Positions 17,146 to 19,616 of a DNA stretch of 19,616 nt are shown piece by piece. Below the pieces are notes generated by a model. The model saw only the letters and a program-made list of their open reading frames with translations. It had not been told where the DNA came from and did no database searches. The translations under genes and the position numbers were made by a program. Numbering within the stretch: the stretch's first letter is position 1; every line of letters starts with the position of its first letter. Source of the DNA: Elusimicrobiales bacterium (lineage in GTDB: Bacteria > Elusimicrobiota > Elusimicrobia > Elusimicrobiales > UBA9959); assembly GCA_049972095.1 (NCBI GenBank), contig JBMFKQ010000002.1, forward strand, positions 69,021-88,636, in the 5' to 3' direction.

Positions 17146-19403
17146 GACACTATTGGGATTATATCACAAAATCTTCCATCACTAACAGTTTTTTCATCTG
17201 ATATTCTTAAAGGAGATTTAAAATAATCCTCATGAGGACCAGGACAATGTGTTAAATATTTACACACCAAACATGACTCAAGTTTTATAATTTCTTCTTC
17301 ACTTTCTCTTGCATCTGGAATAAAAAGAAAGGACTCAAAAAGTTCTTCTTGTTTAGGATAAAGAAGACATGGTAAAGAATTTAAAATGACAGTTCTTATA
17401 CCAACAGCAGCTGCTTTATCTGCTATTGCAAAAGTATTTTCTTTAAGTTTCTTATAAAGTAAATAACAATCATTATCATAAGACCCAACAGGAAGGATAA
17501 ATAATAATCCATCCGCATTTTTCTTCTTAGACAATTTTATTTTATTCTCAAAATTTTTAAACTCTTTGTCTCCAAGCCCACAATAAAAGAAAAACTTTAT
17601 CCCGCTCTCTTTAAAAATTCTTAACTGGTTGTTTTCTTGCAATGATAAAGGAAGATAAACAAGAGACAAGCCTGCATTTTTAAGTCTTGTAGCATTATAA
17701 CTATTAAGATCATCAAAAGCAGGGCACATAAATGCTGAATCTAAACCTTTTTTACCTGCCATATAAACCATTAAATAGGCTTTCTTAAAAGATATAGGTT
17801 CAGAATCACAAAATACTATTTGTTTAAGACCCAAAGTTTTTTTATGAGAAATTTCAATAAAAATCTCTTCTAAAGGTCTTTCTTTAAGCCCATCTTTTGC
17901 TGCTATTAAATTATATAGAGTCAATCCTTCTCTTAAAAAGCAAAGTTTTGAATATTTGTTATGAATGTTTTTAAGAGATTTATTTTCACTTATTAAACTT
18001 TTTTCTTTCTTTTTCGCTATTCTTATATCAGCATATGAGGCAAGTTTGTAAATTATTTTAGGTGGGAAAAATACTGAACTAAGATCAAAAACTCCCTTAT
18101 TCCTGTTTTTAAGGATATAGCTGTCACAAGTTTTCAAAATCCTTCCCATTTCTAAAAGCCTTTTTAACTCAAGTCCAATCGTTTTTTCTGGTGATTTTCC
18201 AAATTTTTCTTTAAAATCTTTTAGGACCAGCTGACCTGTGTGCAAAAATTTTACTACCGCATAGTTGATTATCTCATCTTTTTTAGAAAGAAAAACAATC
18301 TTTTCAACCGGCAATAGTCCTTTTTCTATCAATGAAATATAACGACCAACATCAGAAACATTTTGATACCTCTGCTTACCAGCACAGTATGTTATTGAAC
18401 TCGCTCCAAGTCCAAGGGTAGAGTATCCTTTTTCTTCCTGCTGATCATAAGTATAGGGCCACTCTCCACCTTTTCCTTTAAAAATCCAATGACCACAACG
18501 CATAATATAACCCTTTTTTTCTATAAGCCAATCTATCCCCTTTTTGCGCCAAGCCCTTGCTTTGTCCATTGATTCACCATATAAGGAAGCGCTATGAAAA
18601 TCATTATAACTACTAAATTTCCTTGGTTGCCAGTCAAAAATATAAACACGCTGCAGTTCAAATTGGGAAAGAATCTCTATATCTCTCATAAAAATCTCTT
18701 CTGTTTGTCCGGGAAGTCCTACAATCAAATCAGCCTCAATATTTTCTATACCAGCTTTTATAGCATTATTTAAAGCATTAATTGCCTGTTGTTGGGTTTG
18801 CGGTCTACCAAGGCCCCTCATTAGTTCTTCATTGAAACTCTGGATTCCTATTGCAAGATAATTAACACCAAGCTCCTTTAGTTTAACAGCCTTCTGATAG
18901 GTTAGAGTATGTGGAGATGCTTCCATTGCTATTTTTGTTTGAGATGTAATAGTAAAGTTTTCTTTGAAAACTTTCATAAGAATCTCTAATTGTTTTTCTG
19001 AAAGTATAGTTGGAGTACCACCACCAAAAAAAAGAGCTCTTATAGGAAAATTCTTAAAAGCATCTTTAAAATAGATAGTCTCTTTAACTAAAGCCTTTAG
19101 GTAGTATTCTATTTCCAGATGACTATCTGGTATTTTTCTATAAAAGCCACAAAACTTACATATATATGAACAAAATGGAATATGAACATAAATAACTGGA
19201 TTTATGTTTCTGTTTTTGCTATTTGATTCCCTCCATAGTTTTACCACTTTTTCCGGCTTTATACCCATTACTCTATCCCATGAAAAAAATGGAGGATAGT
19301 TCGGTGGCATTTCCGGCAGCAAATTTTCATCACTTATAGCAAAAATCTTTTCCAAAAAGCCTTCATCAAAAATATCACAAGACAAAGTTTTATTCCTTTT
19401 CAT
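17142..19403 (-). CDS. HemN-like (class C-type) radical SAM protein fused to a degenerate HxsC-like domain
   Basis: VYVHIPFCSYICKFCGF, FFGGGTPT, GIQSF, DLIVGLPGQT, LGLGASS and a HemN C-terminal-like region. The last ~270 aa carry IVFCDSEP, NSLPCLL and CLVCKYLTHCPG without a CxxxCxxC. Confidence 0.82.
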   Translation of the reverse strand: MKRNKTLSCDIFDEGFLEKIFAISDENLLPEMPPNYPPFFSWDRVMGIKPEKVVKLWRESNSKNRNINPVIYVHIPFCSYICKFCGFYRKIPDSHLEIEYYLKALVKETIYFKDAFKNFPIRALFFGGGTPTILSEKQLEILMKVFKENFTITSQTKIAMEASPHTLTYQKAVKLKELGVNYLAIGIQSFNEELMRGLGRPQTQQQAINALNNAIKAGIENIEADLIVGLPGQTEEIFMRDIEILSQFELQRVYIFDWQPRKFSSYNDFHSASLYGESMDKARAWRKKGIDWLIEKKGYIMRCGHWIFKGKGGEWPYTYDQQEEKGYSTLGLGASSITYCAGKQRYQNVSDVGRYISLIEKGLLPVEKIVFLSKKDEIINYAVVKFLHTGQLVLKDFKEKFGKSPEKTIGLELKRLLEMGRILKTCDSYILKNRNKGVFDLSSVFFPPKIIYKLASYADIRIAKKKEKSLISENKSLKNIHNKYSKLCFLREGLTLYNLIAAKDGLKERPLEEIFIEISHKKTLGLKQIVFCDSEPISFKKAYLMVYMAGKKGLDSAFMCPAFDDLNSYNATRLKNAGLSLVYLPLSLQENNQLRIFKESGIKFFFYCGLGDKEFKNFENKIKLSKKKNADGLLFILPVGSYDNDCYLLYKKLKENTFAIADKAAAVGIRTVILNSLPCLLYPKQEELFESFLFIPDARESEEEIIKLESCLVCKYLTHCPGPHEDYFKSPLRISDEKTVSDGRFCDIIPIVS

Positions 19404-19480
19404 CTATTCCACATAATTCCAACATTAACTTTTTATTCTCTAAAGTTTTTATTATTTGGCATTTTATATTTTATGTTATC

Positions 19481-19509
19481 ATTCTACAATTTTTATAACC
19501 GCGAGTCAA
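19481..19509 (-). promoter_or_regulatory. Sigma70-like promoter for the minus-strand operon
   Basis: Minus strand reads TTGACT (19509-19504), a 17-nt spacer, then TAGAAT (19486-19481), about 78 nt upstream of the ATG at 19403. Confidence 0.7.
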
Positions 19510-19616
19510 ATATCTGTAAGATCTCCATACATTTTGGAATTTTCTGGTGTTAATTCTTTGTTTTCTATTTTCTCTTTAATTAAATATTCCATCGGTGTCA
19601 TCTTTATGCTTTTATG
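19506..19616 (-). CDS. C-terminal fragment of an integrase-core (IS481-like) transposase, truncated by the window edge
   Basis: HKSIKMTPMEYLIKEKIENKELTPENSKMYGDLTDI* fits the (RP)H.SL...TP.E tail of DDE transposases; the frame reads through a terminal ...cttACA. Confidence 0.6.
   Translation of the reverse strand, partial: HKSIKMTPMEYLIKEKIENKELTPENSKMYGDLTDI
19515..19616 (-). mobile_element. Right end of a putative IS481-family element
   Basis: Terminal TGT at 19515 on the + strand (tgtaagatctccatacattttgg) coincides with the transposase C-terminus; a related copy lies at 14945-14995. Confidence 0.55.

Noticed and set aside
17142..19403. Annotation as a true hemN or hemW heme-pathway gene
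   Set aside because: It lacks their diagnostic motifs, has an extra domain, and no tetrapyrrole genes lie nearby.

Overview
AT-rich bacterial window almost entirely filled by an unusually expanded His-Xaa-Ser (Hxs)-type radical SAM/RiPP-like gene cluster. The + strand carries the 3' end of a large repetitive surface or fibre-like gene, then a tightly overlapping 13-gene run (860-14119). That run encodes two HxsD-like proteins, a membrane-anchored Cys-rich protein, one precursor peptide with 15 consecutive His-Xaa-Xaa triplets ending GGWC, nine radical SAM enzymes (3 HxsB-like, 5 HxsC-like, 1 of a third subtype) and a prepilin-peptidase (A24)-like membrane protease. A convergent three-gene minus-strand operon (14991-19403) adds two more third-subtype radical SAM enzymes and a HemN-like enzyme fused to a degenerate HxsC-like domain, for 12 intact CxxxCxxC enzymes around one visible precursor. 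That operon has its own sigma70-like promoter and is bracketed by two related, inward-facing IS481-like transposase ends. All family assignments come from motif recognition by eye; no database searches were run.
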